64,000 bases of DNA from Minisyncoccota bacterium (GTDB lineage Bacteria > Patescibacteriota > Minisyncoccia > Phycocordibacterales > UBA9973). Under the pieces are notes generated by a model, which saw nothing but the letters and a program-made list of their open reading frames with translations, was not told the DNA's origin and made no database searches. Below are positions 54,969-63,786 of the stretch, in pieces. Each line of letters starts with the position of its first letter. Position 1 is the first letter of the stretch. The translations under genes were made by a program, and so were the position numbers. The stretch lies in assembly GCA_041674285.1 (NCBI GenBank), contig JBAYVZ010000004.1, forward strand, positions 21,913 to 85,912, given 5' to 3'.

Positions 54969-56770
54969 ACAGTTCCAGATAAGGCGATTTTTGTAGTTAT
55001 CTTTTTATTTGTACTATCTACACAGACATAGCTACCAGTCTCTGATGCCAATGGAAATGACATAGCCCAAGCTTTAGTTGTAGAGTAGCAAGATCCCTCT
55101 CCGTCCGTATTATCAAATATTTTACCCAAGAAAAACGAGATAGTGTTTGTATTCATATCATTAGGGTCAGTATAGAAAAGAGAATCTTTTTCTGGGTCAA
55201 CACAACTGCCTTTGAGGTTTGACTTGGTTCCATACAGGTTTTTATTCAATGCATACTTTTTATATATTTGAAGCTCAATATTAGAAATATTTTCTTCTAT
55301 ATTTTTATCTTTTATCTTCAGAGCTTCGATATCTACAGCGGAATTAGGAGGCACAAGGACATCTACACCACCAGACCCTTCAGTCTGGCCAGATTCATCA
55401 AATACAAAAGAATTAGTAACATTATTTAATTCCAAGTTCGTATTATTTTGCTGATTTGAATTTTGTTCATTTATTATTGGGTCGATATATTTTGCAGTTA
55501 CAGCTGTCTGATTAATCTTTGGCAAAAAAGGAATATCTATCAGTCCAGTCGTGTAAGCAAAAGCCACCCCACCAAAAATACAAGCAATCGCAACAAAAAT
55601 AAAAACTCCAACAATGAATCTTGGGACACCAGGTTTTTTCTCTTCAAAAACAAAATTCTTTGAATCACGAGGGAATGATGAAGTAACTGCACTATTCGGA
55701 GAATATGGGGCAGGTGCTGATACTGGCATAGATACTGGACTAGTTACAGGTTTTGACAATTCTTGTTTGGCAAAGACCATATAAGGTGGCTTGCCAGACG
55801 GAGCTGATGTAGCAGGAGCGATATTTACAACTGGAGGAACAGAAACAGTGGGGGTAGGATTTATTTCTACTGCTGGACTGGCTAGAGTGGATACTGGAGC
55901 TGGAGTAGACACACCTGGCATAGGCGCTGAAGATGACGCTGGCACTGTAGACATAGCTATGGGGGCACTCATCGCAGGGGGCACTATATTGTCCTCCACA
56001 GGGGCCACTGATGGCTTCTGATAAACTTTTGCAAGTTCTGCTTTTCTCTCTGGTGTACGCACTGGCGGTAATACAGCCTTTGGTGAGACAACTGGTTCTA
56101 CCTTTTTAGGAATCAGTCTGGGTATAACTTCTGTGTTCTCAGAAGAAATGATAGGTATATTTGAAGGTGTCCAGACTTTTGGGAGATTCGATGGTGGCAC
56201 AGAAGCAGAAAAACTATTTTCAATAGGCTTATCCTCTTTTACCACTTCCCTATATGGATCTATCTTTGGAGTTTCTGGCTCAATATTAGAATCTATTTTT
56301 ACTTCTGGTGTTAATACTATATCGGGGGCAGGCGCAGAAACTGGAGTTGGCTCCACAATAGGAGCTACTGAAATTTGTGGTTCTATATTTTTAACAATTT
56401 GAGTTGCTGGTTTTTCTGAAGTTGATGGTTCTAGTATTTGTACTGATTCTACTGTTTTTACCTCAGGCATTTTTTCTGATTCTGGAGTTTTTATTTCTGC
56501 AGGAACAACAATATCCGCCTTTGGTTCAGCTGGGGGTGTACTAAAGGCCGGAGTAAAAGTAGTTTGTATTTTAGGAGCAACAGGTTCTACCATCTTGGGT
56601 ACAACAAAAGCAGGAGCAACCTTCTGGAAACCTTCTTCGATATCTTCTGCTAGCCAACCAGCAGAAAGTAGCTCGGATTTAATTTTCTCACGAGGTGTAC
56701 CATTCTTTTCTTCTTTCTCAATAAACTCTACAAGATCAAGAGTAATCATATGATAAATTATATCACACAA
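54959..56770 (-). CDS. Pro/Ser/Val-rich membrane protein with C-terminal Cys-containing ectodomain
   Basis: ~330 aa low-complexity P/S/A/V-rich region; single TM FIVGVFIFVAIACIFGGVAFAY at ~aa 385; C-terminal 200 aa with 4 Cys. Confidence 0.4.
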   Translation of the reverse strand: MCDIIYHMITLDLVEFIEKEEKNGTPREKIKSELLSAGWLAEDIEEGFQKVAPAFVVPKMVEPVAPKIQTTFTPAFSTPPAEPKADIVVPAEIKTPESEKMPEVKTVESVQILEPSTSEKPATQIVKNIEPQISVAPIVEPTPVSAPAPDIVLTPEVKIDSNIEPETPKIDPYREVVKEDKPIENSFSASVPPSNLPKVWTPSNIPIISSENTEVIPRLIPKKVEPVVSPKAVLPPVRTPERKAELAKVYQKPSVAPVEDNIVPPAMSAPIAMSTVPASSSAPMPGVSTPAPVSTLASPAVEINPTPTVSVPPVVNIAPATSAPSGKPPYMVFAKQELSKPVTSPVSMPVSAPAPYSPNSAVTSSFPRDSKNFVFEEKKPGVPRFIVGVFIFVAIACIFGGVAFAYTTGLIDIPFLPKINQTAVTAKYIDPIINEQNSNQQNNTNLELNNVTNSFVFDESGQTEGSGGVDVLVPPNSAVDIEALKIKDKNIEENISNIELQIYKKYALNKNLYGTKSNLKGSCVDPEKDSLFYTDPNDMNTNTISFFLGKIFDNTDGEGSCYSTTKAWAMSFPLASETGSYVCVDSTNKKITTKIALSGTVCK

Positions 56771-56781
56771 ACATCTACAAA

Positions 56782-57351
56782 TTAAAATTTATAGATATAT
56801 AATTTTCGAGCATTAGTATAATCACCCTCTCTATCCATATCAATCTCGGCAATCGGTTGCTTGTTTGTAAACTTAAAAGCCACGGACACGAGAGTAGTCC
56901 CCTCTTTTATCTCTTCATCAAACTTTTTTAAAATATCATCCATAACATTTGGATAAAGATACATAACCAGATGAGTGGCATCACTAAAGTTGTAATCATA
57001 AAAATCTTCTTTAATTATTTTTACTCCATCGATACCTTTTATTTTATTTATATATTTTCTAGCGACAGAAAGAACGTACGGGAAACTAAATTTTTCCAAT
57101 CCGACAAATGTAGCTTTTGGATTATTCTTTTTGAGGAAATACAACAACCGTGCATCACCAGAACCCAGATCGTAGACGACTGAATCATCTTTTAATTCCA
57201 GAGCCTTCAACACATAAGGCAATACACTCCTAGGTGTACGGATAAATGGAGTGTCTGTCTTTATGAAAGACATAGCCCACATACAGGCCAAGATAAACAA
57301 GACTATGACAATAGCTGTGAAAAGATAAATAATTATAGAAAAAAATATCAT
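56782..57351 (-). CDS. Class I SAM-dependent methyltransferase with N-terminal TM anchor
   Basis: Motif I VYDLGSGDARLLYFL; acidic motif II FVGLEKF. Confidence 0.6.
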   Translation of the reverse strand: MIFFSIIIYLFTAIVIVLFILACMWAMSFIKTDTPFIRTPRSVLPYVLKALELKDDSVVYDLGSGDARLLYFLKKNNPKATFVGLEKFSFPYVLSVARKYINKIKGIDGVKIIKEDFYDYNFSDATHLVMYLYPNVMDDILKKFDEEIKEGTTLVSVAFKFTNKQPIAEIDMDREGDYTNARKLYIYKF

Positions 57352-57353
57352 TG

Positions 57354-57435
57354 TGCCCGGGACTGGACTCGAACCAGCACATCTTACGACACACCCACCT
57401 CAAGGGTGCTTGTCTACCAATTTCAACACCCGGGC
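57354..57435 (-). tRNA. tRNA-Leu (anticodon GAG), long variable arm
   Basis: GCCCGGGTGTTGAAATTGGTAGACAAGCACCCTTGAGGTGGGTGTGTCGTAAGATGTGCTGGTTCGAGTCCAGTCCCGGGCA: 7-bp acceptor; anticodon stem CACCC/GGGTG with loop TTGAGGT; long extra arm; T-loop TTCGAGT. Confidence 0.75.
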
Positions 57436-57485
57436 AAACACTTACAAGAGTGAGCATAACAGATTTAGGTCTTTTTTTCAATAAA

Positions 57486-57514
57486 AAATAAAACCACCCA
57501 ATGGGTGGTTTTAT
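57486..57514. terminator. Terminator hairpin aaaaccacccaatgggtggtttt downstream of rplS
   Basis: Identical core to the 46078-46106 terminator. Confidence 0.55.
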
Positions 57515-57517
57515 TTT

Positions 57518-57955
57518 TTATTCAGCAGATTTCTCTTCTGTATCTGTAGACTCTTCTTTTGAAAGAGTGATACTCTTTAGGCGCTTCTTAACTTCTTTAA
57601 CAGCCTTTGTACGGATAAAGTATAGCTTACTTCGGCGTGTCTTTGAGCGTTTGATAATCTCAATCTTGTCGATATTTGGAGAATATAGAGGAAAGATTCT
57701 TTCTACTCCGATAGTTGAAGCAACTTTACGTATTGTAAATGTAGCACCAATCTCGGCACCATGTTTACGAGCCAAAACTAGGCCCTCAAAAGCCTGAAGA
57801 CGAACTTTTCCTTTTTCTAAAATTTTTGACCAGACCTTAACAGTATCACCTGCTTTGAAATCAAGCTTTTTGCGAGCTTCGATATCTACTGGAGTTAATT
57901 TCATTGTGGTTTTTTCCATAGGCGTTAATATAGCATAAGAAAATGTTTTAAGCAA
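57518..57955 (-). CDS. rplS: 50S ribosomal protein L19
   Basis: GDTVKVWSKILEKGKVRLQAFEGLVLARKHGAEIGATFTIRKVASTIGVERIFPLYSPNIDKIEIIKRSKTRRSKLYFIR is canonical L19; lysine/glutamate-rich C-terminal tail. Confidence 0.88.
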   Translation of the reverse strand: MLKTFSYAILTPMEKTTMKLTPVDIEARKKLDFKAGDTVKVWSKILEKGKVRLQAFEGLVLARKHGAEIGATFTIRKVASTIGVERIFPLYSPNIDKIEIIKRSKTRRSKLYFIRTKAVKEVKKRLKSITLSKEESTDTEEKSAE

Positions 57956-57961
57956 GATTTT

Positions 57962-58756
57962 CTATTTTAATTGATGATTATTGATAACTTTTACGAAATC
58001 CGTAGGCAGTGGAGCCTCGACTTCTATTTCTTGCCCTGAGAGGAGTATGAATTTGATAGATTTTGCATGTAGGGCCAGTCTGTCAAAACCTAGAGATTTT
58101 TCTTTCTTACCTCTGTATATAGGATCTGAGATAATCGGGTGGTTTATATATCGTAGGTGCACACGGAGCTGATGGGTGCGGCCAGTTTTTGGGTAAAGCT
58201 CCAGATAAGAGAATTGGTGACTGTTGTCTTTGATCTCCACCTCATCTTGTGTATCTGTAAATCTAGACAGGACTACATACCCAGTCTTTGCTTCACGTAT
58301 AGGATCCCGGGCACCACGCCCTGCAGTCCACATACGTACATCTCCGGGAGATCTCCCTATTGGGGCATTGATTACGCCCATCTTGCCATTCAAAAGTGAG
58401 GCATTGGGATCTGCTACATATCCATAAACAAAAGCTCGGTAAACTTTCTCAATAGTATGATTCTTGAATTGATCTTTCAAGAACAAAAAGGATTCCTGGT
58501 TCTTTGCCAAGATGATCACTCCTGAAGTTTCGCGATCGAGACGGTGTACTATACCCGGACGCATGATTGCACGTCTCTCCCCACCTTTTGCATCTACCAT
58601 CAATGGCTCCCCTACATCTTTTGATTCTGGGTATTGTTTTATAAACCAATCAGCCAGTGTCTCATCCTTGTTCTTTCCATCGTTGTGCACAGAAATACCA
58701 GACGGTTTGTCTACCACCACCAAATCATTATCTTCATATAGAATAGTTACTTTCAC
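57962..58756 (-). CDS. RluA-family pseudouridine synthase (probable GTG start at 58756; the ORF-track N-terminus is antisense to tRNA-Val and is not real)
   Basis: VVVDKPSGISVH and catalytic HRLDRETSGVIILAKN (RluA motif with catalytic Asp). The first 30 residues of the track ORF are the reverse-complement reading of the tRNA-Val gene. Confidence 0.8.
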   Translation of the reverse strand: MKVTILYEDNDLVVVDKPSGISVHNDGKNKDETLADWFIKQYPESKDVGEPLMVDAKGGERRAIMRPGIVHRLDRETSGVIILAKNQESFLFLKDQFKNHTIEKVYRAFVYGYVADPNASLLNGKMGVINAPIGRSPGDVRMWTAGRGARDPIREAKTGYVVLSRFTDTQDEVEIKDNSHQFSYLELYPKTGRTHQLRVHLRYINHPIISDPIYRGKKEKSLGFDRLALHAKSIKFILLSGQEIEVEAPLPTDFVKVINNHQLK

Positions 58757-58758
58757 GG

Positions 58759-58831
58759 TGCGCGATGAGGGACTTGAACCCCCGACCTTCCCGGTGTAAA
58801 CGGGTTGCTCTACCAACTGAGCTAATCGCGC
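58759..58831 (-). tRNA. tRNA-Val (anticodon TAC)
   Basis: GCGCGATTAGCTCAGTTGGTAGAGCAACCCGTTTACACCGGGAAGGTCGGGGGTTCAAGTCCCTCATCGCGCA: D-arm GCTC/GAGC; anticodon loop TTTACAC; T-arm CGGGG-TTCAAGT-CCCTC. Confidence 0.8.
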
Positions 58832-58925
58832 ATAAAAACTTGAAAACAATTTAATAGATAAACAATAACCTATTTCAAGACTTTTTTCAAGTCCTCCTTG
58901 CGAGAAAGTTAATTTTAAGGTATTT

Positions 58926-59080
58926 TAAGTAAATATCCTTGTAGTGTATAAGATATAAACCGTACATACTGTAGTCAAGGTTTTGGTGTTAAATGTAGTA
59001 AATATACGCCCTTGTAGTGTATGTGATATAAACCGTACATACTGTAGTCAAGGTTTTGGTGTTAAATGTAGTAAATATAT
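58926..59080 (+). repeat. Two-and-a-half tandem ~72-bp direct repeats, each ending with the first 11 nt of tRNA-Arg (GCCCTTGTAGT) followed by a degenerate tRNA-like segment; the third unit runs into the intact tRNA
   Basis: Unit 58990-59062 taaatgtagtaaatatacgcccttgtagtgtatgtgatataaaccgtacatactgtagtcaaggttttggtgt. The preceding unit (58926-58989) is ~90% identical with a small deletion. The next unit (59063-) continues as gcccttgtagttaaatggatataactgcgg..., i.e. the real tRNA. Confidence 0.7.
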
Positions 59081-59152
59081 GCCCTTGTAGTTAAATGGAT
59101 ATAACTGCGGACTTCTAAGCCGTTATTGCAGGTTCGATTCCTGCCGAGGGCA
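59081..59152 (+). tRNA. tRNA-Arg (anticodon TCT), with a non-canonical A31:G39 pair
   Basis: GCCCTTGTAGTTAAATGGATATAACTGCGGACTTCTAAGCCGTTATTGCAGGTTCGATTCCTGCCGAGGGCA: acceptor 7 bp; D-stem GTTA/TAAC; anticodon loop CTTCTAA; T-arm GCAGG-TTCGATT-CCTGC. The A:G mismatch at the base of the anticodon loop lowers confidence in function. Confidence 0.6.
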
Positions 59153-59181
59153 CAAAGCAAAGTAACATACTTATATTTTTA

Positions 59182-59227
59182 GCGGACAAAAAAGCCGTTA
59201 TTGCAGGTTCGATTCCTGCCGAGGGCA
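59182..59227 (+). repeat. Duplicated 3' half of tRNA-Arg (anticodon stem through 3' end; loop replaced by CAAAAAA), 30 nt downstream of the intact gene: att-site-like scar
   Basis: gcggacaaaaaagccgttattgcaggttcgattcctgccgagggca. Identical to the tRNA from position 39 to the 3' end (agccg...gagggca) and in the 5' anticodon stem (gcgga). It lacks the acceptor 5' strand and the D-arm. Confidence 0.7.
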
Positions 59228-59238
59228 CAATATAAATA

Positions 59239-59265
59239 AAATACCTCCCCTATTGGGGAGGTATT
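59239..59265. terminator. Bidirectional terminator aaatacctcccctattggggaggtatttt between the tRNA-Arg locus (+) and the pil genes (-)
   Basis: 10-bp stem with flanking A/T runs. Confidence 0.55.
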
Positions 59266-59613
59266 TTATTTCTTAAAACGAGGGTCTTCTAATTTTAGAT
59301 TACTATCCCTTAGTGATTCCATTTTTTTAGCCTTTATATCAAAATAGCTCTTTACATTATTCAACAATTTTTCATTCCTAGAAATCAAAGTATTTTTTGA
59401 AGAAAACTCCAAACTTTTATTTAAAAAATTATCATTTTTTATTTCATATAACAGATAGAAGCTTGATATAACCAAAAGAAACAGAATCACAAAAAAAGAA
59501 TTCAACATAAAAATCCAATGCTTGTGTGGATTCATACACACAGACTTTTTGTGATGTTTTATGAAAAGAGATTTTATATCTAATATATTCATATTAAAAA
59601 GTATATACTTCAA
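59266..59613 (-). CDS. Small membrane protein, last gene of the pilMNO cluster (PilP-like position)
   Basis: 115 aa with one TM (IFMLNSFFVILFLLVISSFYLLY); function by position only. Confidence 0.3.
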   Translation of the reverse strand: MKYILFNMNILDIKSLFIKHHKKSVCMNPHKHWIFMLNSFFVILFLLVISSFYLLYEIKNDNFLNKSLEFSSKNTLISRNEKLLNNVKSYFDIKAKKMESLRDSNLKLEDPRFKK

Positions 59614-60148
59614 ATAATATTTCAGCGACCCAAGGATACCAAACTTCCCCCTTTTTTAGAACCTGGGCCGGAGTACCATCTTTGTTCGCAATATTCGTAT
59701 TTATATTTAAAGATTTTATATTTACAATATAAGGTATACTCTCGACCATTTTTATAGACTTAAACACAGAGACGAAGCTTCCCTCTATGGACAATCCTAT
59801 ATTTATAACCCGTTTATCTTCTTTTGAAAAATCAACAGATGACACTGAGGTTTTATTTCCCAGACTATTTGAATCTTTTTCAAGACCAGAAACAAAGTCA
59901 TCAATGGAGTCTGGATTAATAAAATATGAATCTACTATTTTATTATCATCAACAGCTTCTTTTATATTTTTAGACAAAATAGATCCTTGCTGTTTTTGCA
60001 TAATCTTTTCATCCAAAGTCGCCTGCATCGCACTTGTATGAATATTTTTATTCATAATAACAGTGAACAAAAAAGCAAAAAAACCCACAGACAAAATCAA
60101 TAGAATAGAAGAGATTATAAATAAAATGGTTGTTTTAGATTTTTTCAT
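59594..60148 (-). CDS. Type IV pilus assembly protein PilO-like (bitopic)
   Basis: N-terminal TM plus ~150-aa periplasmic domain; follows pilN. Confidence 0.45.
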   Translation of the reverse strand: MKKSKTTILFIISSILLILSVGFFAFLFTVIMNKNIHTSAMQATLDEKIMQKQQGSILSKNIKEAVDDNKIVDSYFINPDSIDDFVSGLEKDSNSLGNKTSVSSVDFSKEDKRVINIGLSIEGSFVSVFKSIKMVESIPYIVNIKSLNINTNIANKDGTPAQVLKKGEVWYPWVAEILFEVYTF

Positions 60149-60149
60149 A

Positions 60150-60689
60150 TTATTTCAGAATTAATACCATGTTAAAATCTATATCCTGTGGTTTAATAAA
60201 ATTAGAAATAGGCAAATCTACAGAAGAAAAAGTTTGATCGGCAGAGAGTGCGTCTTTAAAAGTCCTAAGTGCAGTTCTATCACTAGCAATACCCACTATA
60301 TTAACAGTCGCTTTTTTTAACCCAGCGATATTATAAGATATCTGACTGAATACTACCCCCTGAGTCCGGAGGGATAATATTTTCTCTAAAACATATTCAG
60401 AAATATACGAATCATTTTTCTTTGAAATTATAAAAGACAATTTTTCGTTTGTTTTTAAAATTTCATTGTTTAATTTATCTATATCAATCTGTGGATTTTG
60501 AGCATTAAAAATTTCTAGATTTGACTGAGCTATCCCCTCTCTGAGGACTGAGTATTTGTATGATGGAGAGATAAACAACGCAGCAACTACGGCAAGAATT
60601 GATATCATAAAAAAAGAAACAATTAAAAGTCGGAATAGATATTCCTGTCTTAATTTATCTTTATCTTTTTTGGGTAATAGATTAATCAT
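60150..60689 (-). CDS. pilN: Type IV pilus assembly protein PilN
   Basis: N-terminal INLLP motif (MINLLPKK), a hallmark of PilN, then a single TM and periplasmic domain. Confidence 0.7.
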   Translation of the reverse strand: MINLLPKKDKDKLRQEYLFRLLIVSFFMISILAVVAALFISPSYKYSVLREGIAQSNLEIFNAQNPQIDIDKLNNEILKTNEKLSFIISKKNDSYISEYVLEKILSLRTQGVVFSQISYNIAGLKKATVNIVGIASDRTALRTFKDALSADQTFSSVDLPISNFIKPQDIDFNMVLILK

Positions 60690-61761
60690 ATAAATAATCT
60701 CCTAATGCCAGACCAAGCACGGTAACATAAGACAAAGATTCTTTTGCTGACATATACGGAACTGATTCATCCATGTTTGATATATTGGTCCAAGCATTTG
60801 CATACTCTACACGGGTTTTAAAACTGACAGAGAGGTACGAAGATAGGCCTGGTATATTTGACCCACCTCCACATAGAATAATCTTGGATATTGGATTTCT
60901 ACTTTTACCACTTTCTGATTTATGAGTAGCCCAATAAACAAAATGCTTATTTATCTCATCGCGAAGTACGGCCACCACGTTTAGAACTGCGGGAAAAATA
61001 TCTTCACCGCTCTCTATCCCCAACTCCCCAAAGGCATATTTTTTCTTCTCGGCATCTTCGATAGAAATATTGTAGTGCTTTGCTATCATCTCCGTAAAAG
61101 TATCTCCCCCGATATCAAAAGTAGAAGTAAATACAATCTTTCTGTTCACTGCTATAGATATCCCTGTGCGAGTCTCTCCAAAATCTATAATCATAGTAGT
61201 GCCGATATCTTCCATTGAGATAACAGCTTCAGCTATAGACTGAGCCTCCAGTTCAAAAGATATAGGTATGAGCCCCGCGCGATTAAAAACAAATAGATAA
61301 TCTTCGACAACCTCAGAAGAAATGGCTACCACCTCCACTGTCACATGGGTATCGGTCTCAGACAAAACCTCATAATCAAAAAGAGTGGATTTTGCAGAAA
61401 GAGGAATATGGTCTTCGAGTTGCAACAAGATTGTATCTCTGAGGCCAGTCTCTTCTATCTTTACAACAGACAAGGTAAAAAGATATATTTGTTCCTCGGG
61501 CAGAGCCACTCGGACAAATTCCATATTTTCTTTTTCTTTTAATCTGCTCAAGATTACGATAAGCTCTTCGGGATCCTCTATCCTACCTGATTTTATTATC
61601 CCGCTATCGATTTTTTCCCTGCCATACTTCCCTAGCCTCAATCCAGAAGGAGACATCTTTAATTCACCGTATTTGATAGAGTGATCAGATATGTCCATAG
61701 AATAAGAAAACATACCGAGTAGTTTGGGTGTAGGAAAATGCTTGCTGTATAATTGCTTCAT
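60682..61761 (-). CDS. pilM: Type IV pilus assembly protein PilM (actin-like ATPase fold)
   Basis: ~350 aa, FtsA/actin-like two-domain pattern (GIDIGTTMIIDFGETRTGISIA...ILCGGGSNIPGL); precedes pilN with an 8-nt overlap. Confidence 0.78.
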   Translation of the reverse strand: MKQLYSKHFPTPKLLGMFSYSMDISDHSIKYGELKMSPSGLRLGKYGREKIDSGIIKSGRIEDPEELIVILSRLKEKENMEFVRVALPEEQIYLFTLSVVKIEETGLRDTILLQLEDHIPLSAKSTLFDYEVLSETDTHVTVEVVAISSEVVEDYLFVFNRAGLIPISFELEAQSIAEAVISMEDIGTTMIIDFGETRTGISIAVNRKIVFTSTFDIGGDTFTEMIAKHYNISIEDAEKKKYAFGELGIESGEDIFPAVLNVVAVLRDEINKHFVYWATHKSESGKSRNPISKIILCGGGSNIPGLSSYLSVSFKTRVEYANAWTNISNMDESVPYMSAKESLSYVTVLGLALGDYLYD

Positions 61762-61801
61762 CGTATTTATATTATACGATAGATACTATCAATATAAAAG
61801 T

Positions 61802-62398
61802 TTATTTTGTTTTAGATAAATAATTTCTAATCAGAGTTGCCAGTACTGGGATCAATGACAAAAATACGATGCCTACAACTACAGGGATGATATACGTATC
61901 TGGATTGGGAATTAAATTTCCAAAGAAATACCCGAGTGAGAGTAATGAAACGGACCACAGGATTCCCCCAAAAATATTGTAAGAGATGAATGTCTTGTAA
62001 TCCATCCTAGCAACTCCAGCAACTATAGGAGCAAATGTACGGATCACAGGGATGAAGCGAGCTAGTATTATCGTATACTTGCCATGCTTTTCATAAAAAT
62101 GCTCAGCTTGATGCAATCTCTTTTTCTTAAAGAAAAAACCCGCTTCTTTTTCAAATAAAGATCTGCCCATACTCTTTCCTGACCAGTACCCCACACTATC
62201 CCCTAGTATCGCTGCGATGGAACACAAAATTAAAAGCAATCTAATATCCAAAAATCCTTGAGATGCGATGAGTCCTGCAGTGAACAGCAGAGAATCTCCT
62301 GGGAAAAAGAATCCAAAGAAAACACCGGATTCCAAGAATACGATAACTACTATTCCGATTAAACCAACTGTCTGTATTAAATTTATAGGATCTAGCAT
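61802..62398 (-). CDS. DedA/VTT-family membrane protein
   Basis: FLESGVFFGFFFPGDSLLFTAGLIAS...LGDSVGYWSGK is the canonical DedA signature ([F/Y]xxxR/GxxxPGD...G). Confidence 0.8.
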   Translation of the reverse strand: MLDPINLIQTVGLIGIVVIVFLESGVFFGFFFPGDSLLFTAGLIASQGFLDIRLLLILCSIAAILGDSVGYWSGKSMGRSLFEKEAGFFFKKKRLHQAEHFYEKHGKYTIILARFIPVIRTFAPIVAGVARMDYKTFISYNIFGGILWSVSLLSLGYFFGNLIPNPDTYIIPVVVGIVFLSLIPVLATLIRNYLSKTK

Positions 62399-62402
62399 AA
62401 AA

Positions 62403-62777
62403 TTATCTTATCTTGGAACCATTATCTACTTCGACTTCAGGAGTTATAAAAACAGGTGCACCGTCACGGCCATCTACAGCCATCAGCATACCCTGACTCT
62501 CGAAACCTTTTATCTTTCGTGGCTCCAAGTTTACGATGTAAAGAATTTGTTTGCCAATCAATTTTTCATAATCTGGATAAAATTCTCGAATACCAGATAC
62601 TATTTGTCGAAGTTTTGGCTCTGTAGTTTTTTCTTCACCTTCCCCTACTTCTACTGTCTCACCAAAATCAATCTGGCATCGTAGTAGTTTGTCTGTATCG
62701 GGAACAGGCTCGACTTCCCTAATCGTTCCAAATCTTATATCCATTTTTTTAAATTCATCGTATGTTATGTATTCCAT
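62403..62777 (-). CDS. tRNA-binding domain protein (CsaA/Trbp111/EMAP-like OB fold)
   Basis: DIRFGTIREVEPVPDTDKLLRCQIDFGE...LRQIVSGIREFYPDYEKLIGKQILYIVNLEPRKIKGFESQGMLMA matches the Myf/tRNA-binding OB domain found at the C-terminus of MetRS/PheT. Confidence 0.75.
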   Translation of the reverse strand: MEYITYDEFKKMDIRFGTIREVEPVPDTDKLLRCQIDFGETVEVGEGEEKTTEPKLRQIVSGIREFYPDYEKLIGKQILYIVNLEPRKIKGFESQGMLMAVDGRDGAPVFITPEVEVDNGSKIR

Positions 62778-62796
62778 TTCTTTATTTTAATTATTT

Positions 62797-63777
62797 CTAA
62801 AGCGTATTAACTAACTTATCTTGAGACGATATGTCACCATCCAATTCTCCAATTTTACGAAAAGTATCAGCACCAAATGTTTCATCCACTAATCTTCCCA
62901 GTGGCAAAATATTTCCAGTTATCATTCCTTTAAAGAATACTTCAAGGACTTCTTCTTTATCTTTGAATTTTTCAGTATTCTTCTGATAAATTTTATCAAC
63001 TAAAGTGTGCAAAATTTTCCTTTCTTGTTTATACGTAAACCTTTCTGTATTTATTATAGTATTATATTTTTTACCAACTAAGCGCCCGACTGCCTCTCTC
63101 AATGATTTACGATTCTGTGTTTCTGCATAAAAAGTATCCTCATTAAAAAGTGGCTTTCCAGGCTCGATAATAGCTTGTGGATGTTTAGATATTATTTCTT
63201 TTGTCTGATTTACTTCATCGATAAAAAGTTTATTATCTAGAATTTTCAATACAGTCCTTTTTGTTATCTCTTCTGTAACTGCTTCATTGAGATTTGTAAA
63301 ATATATTTTATCTCCATCTCTGGTCTGAACAGTTAAACCTAGCCGATATTCTGATAGTTCAGGTTTTTCAACGTTAGTAATTTGAAGGGCATTATATGAT
63401 TTAAAGTGCAGCATTTCATGAAAAACCTTAGCAGTGAATGCTAGATTAGAAAAATTCTCACGCATAACAACACCTTGCATGCCTGAATTAAAATAAGCTG
63501 TATTTTTTTCATCTGACCATTTTTCATCAGAAACAACATGAATATTATCCGGCGGTACGTCAAAATTTTCTAAACCATATTTTTGCCTAATTTCATTTGT
63601 AAGATTATTAACCATATCAATAATCTGCAACTCATTTGATGTTTTTTTTCTTTCAACCCTCTTTAAATGATCAAAGGCTTGATCGTTAAATGACTCCCCA
63701 CTGTGTCTAAGAATTTGTTCTTGTTCTTTTTCTGAAATTTTTCCGACAACTCGGTCAATTGATGAAAATTTTTCCAT
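62797..63777 (-). CDS. Hypothetical protein with HExxH motif (possible zinc metallopeptidase-like)
   Basis: VFHEMLHFKSY contains HEMLH; no other conserved feature recognised. Confidence 0.3.
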   Translation of the reverse strand: MEKFSSIDRVVGKISEKEQEQILRHSGESFNDQAFDHLKRVERKKTSNELQIIDMVNNLTNEIRQKYGLENFDVPPDNIHVVSDEKWSDEKNTAYFNSGMQGVVMRENFSNLAFTAKVFHEMLHFKSYNALQITNVEKPELSEYRLGLTVQTRDGDKIYFTNLNEAVTEEITKRTVLKILDNKLFIDEVNQTKEIISKHPQAIIEPGKPLFNEDTFYAETQNRKSLREAVGRLVGKKYNTIINTERFTYKQERKILHTLVDKIYQKNTEKFKDKEEVLEVFFKGMITGNILPLGRLVDETFGADTFRKIGELDGDISSQDKLVNTL

Positions 63778-63786
63778 TCTATTATT

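Noticed and set aside
57962-58849. ORF-track N-terminus of the RluA gene (MFSSFYARLAQLVEQPVYTGKVGGSSPSSRT…)
   Set aside because: These residues are the reverse-complement reading of the tRNA-Val gene (58759-58831). The real CDS most likely starts at GTG 58756 directly after the tRNA.
59081-59236. Integrated prophage or genomic island at tRNA-Arg
   Set aside because: Only ~30 nt separates the intact tRNA from the duplicated 3' half. The flanking genes (pilMNO, rluA, rplS) are core. At most this is a scar, not a resident element.
58926-59240. CRISPR array (regularly spaced direct repeats)
   Set aside because: The repeats are ~72 bp and directly abutting with no unique spacers, and they are tRNA-derived. 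No cas genes are nearby.
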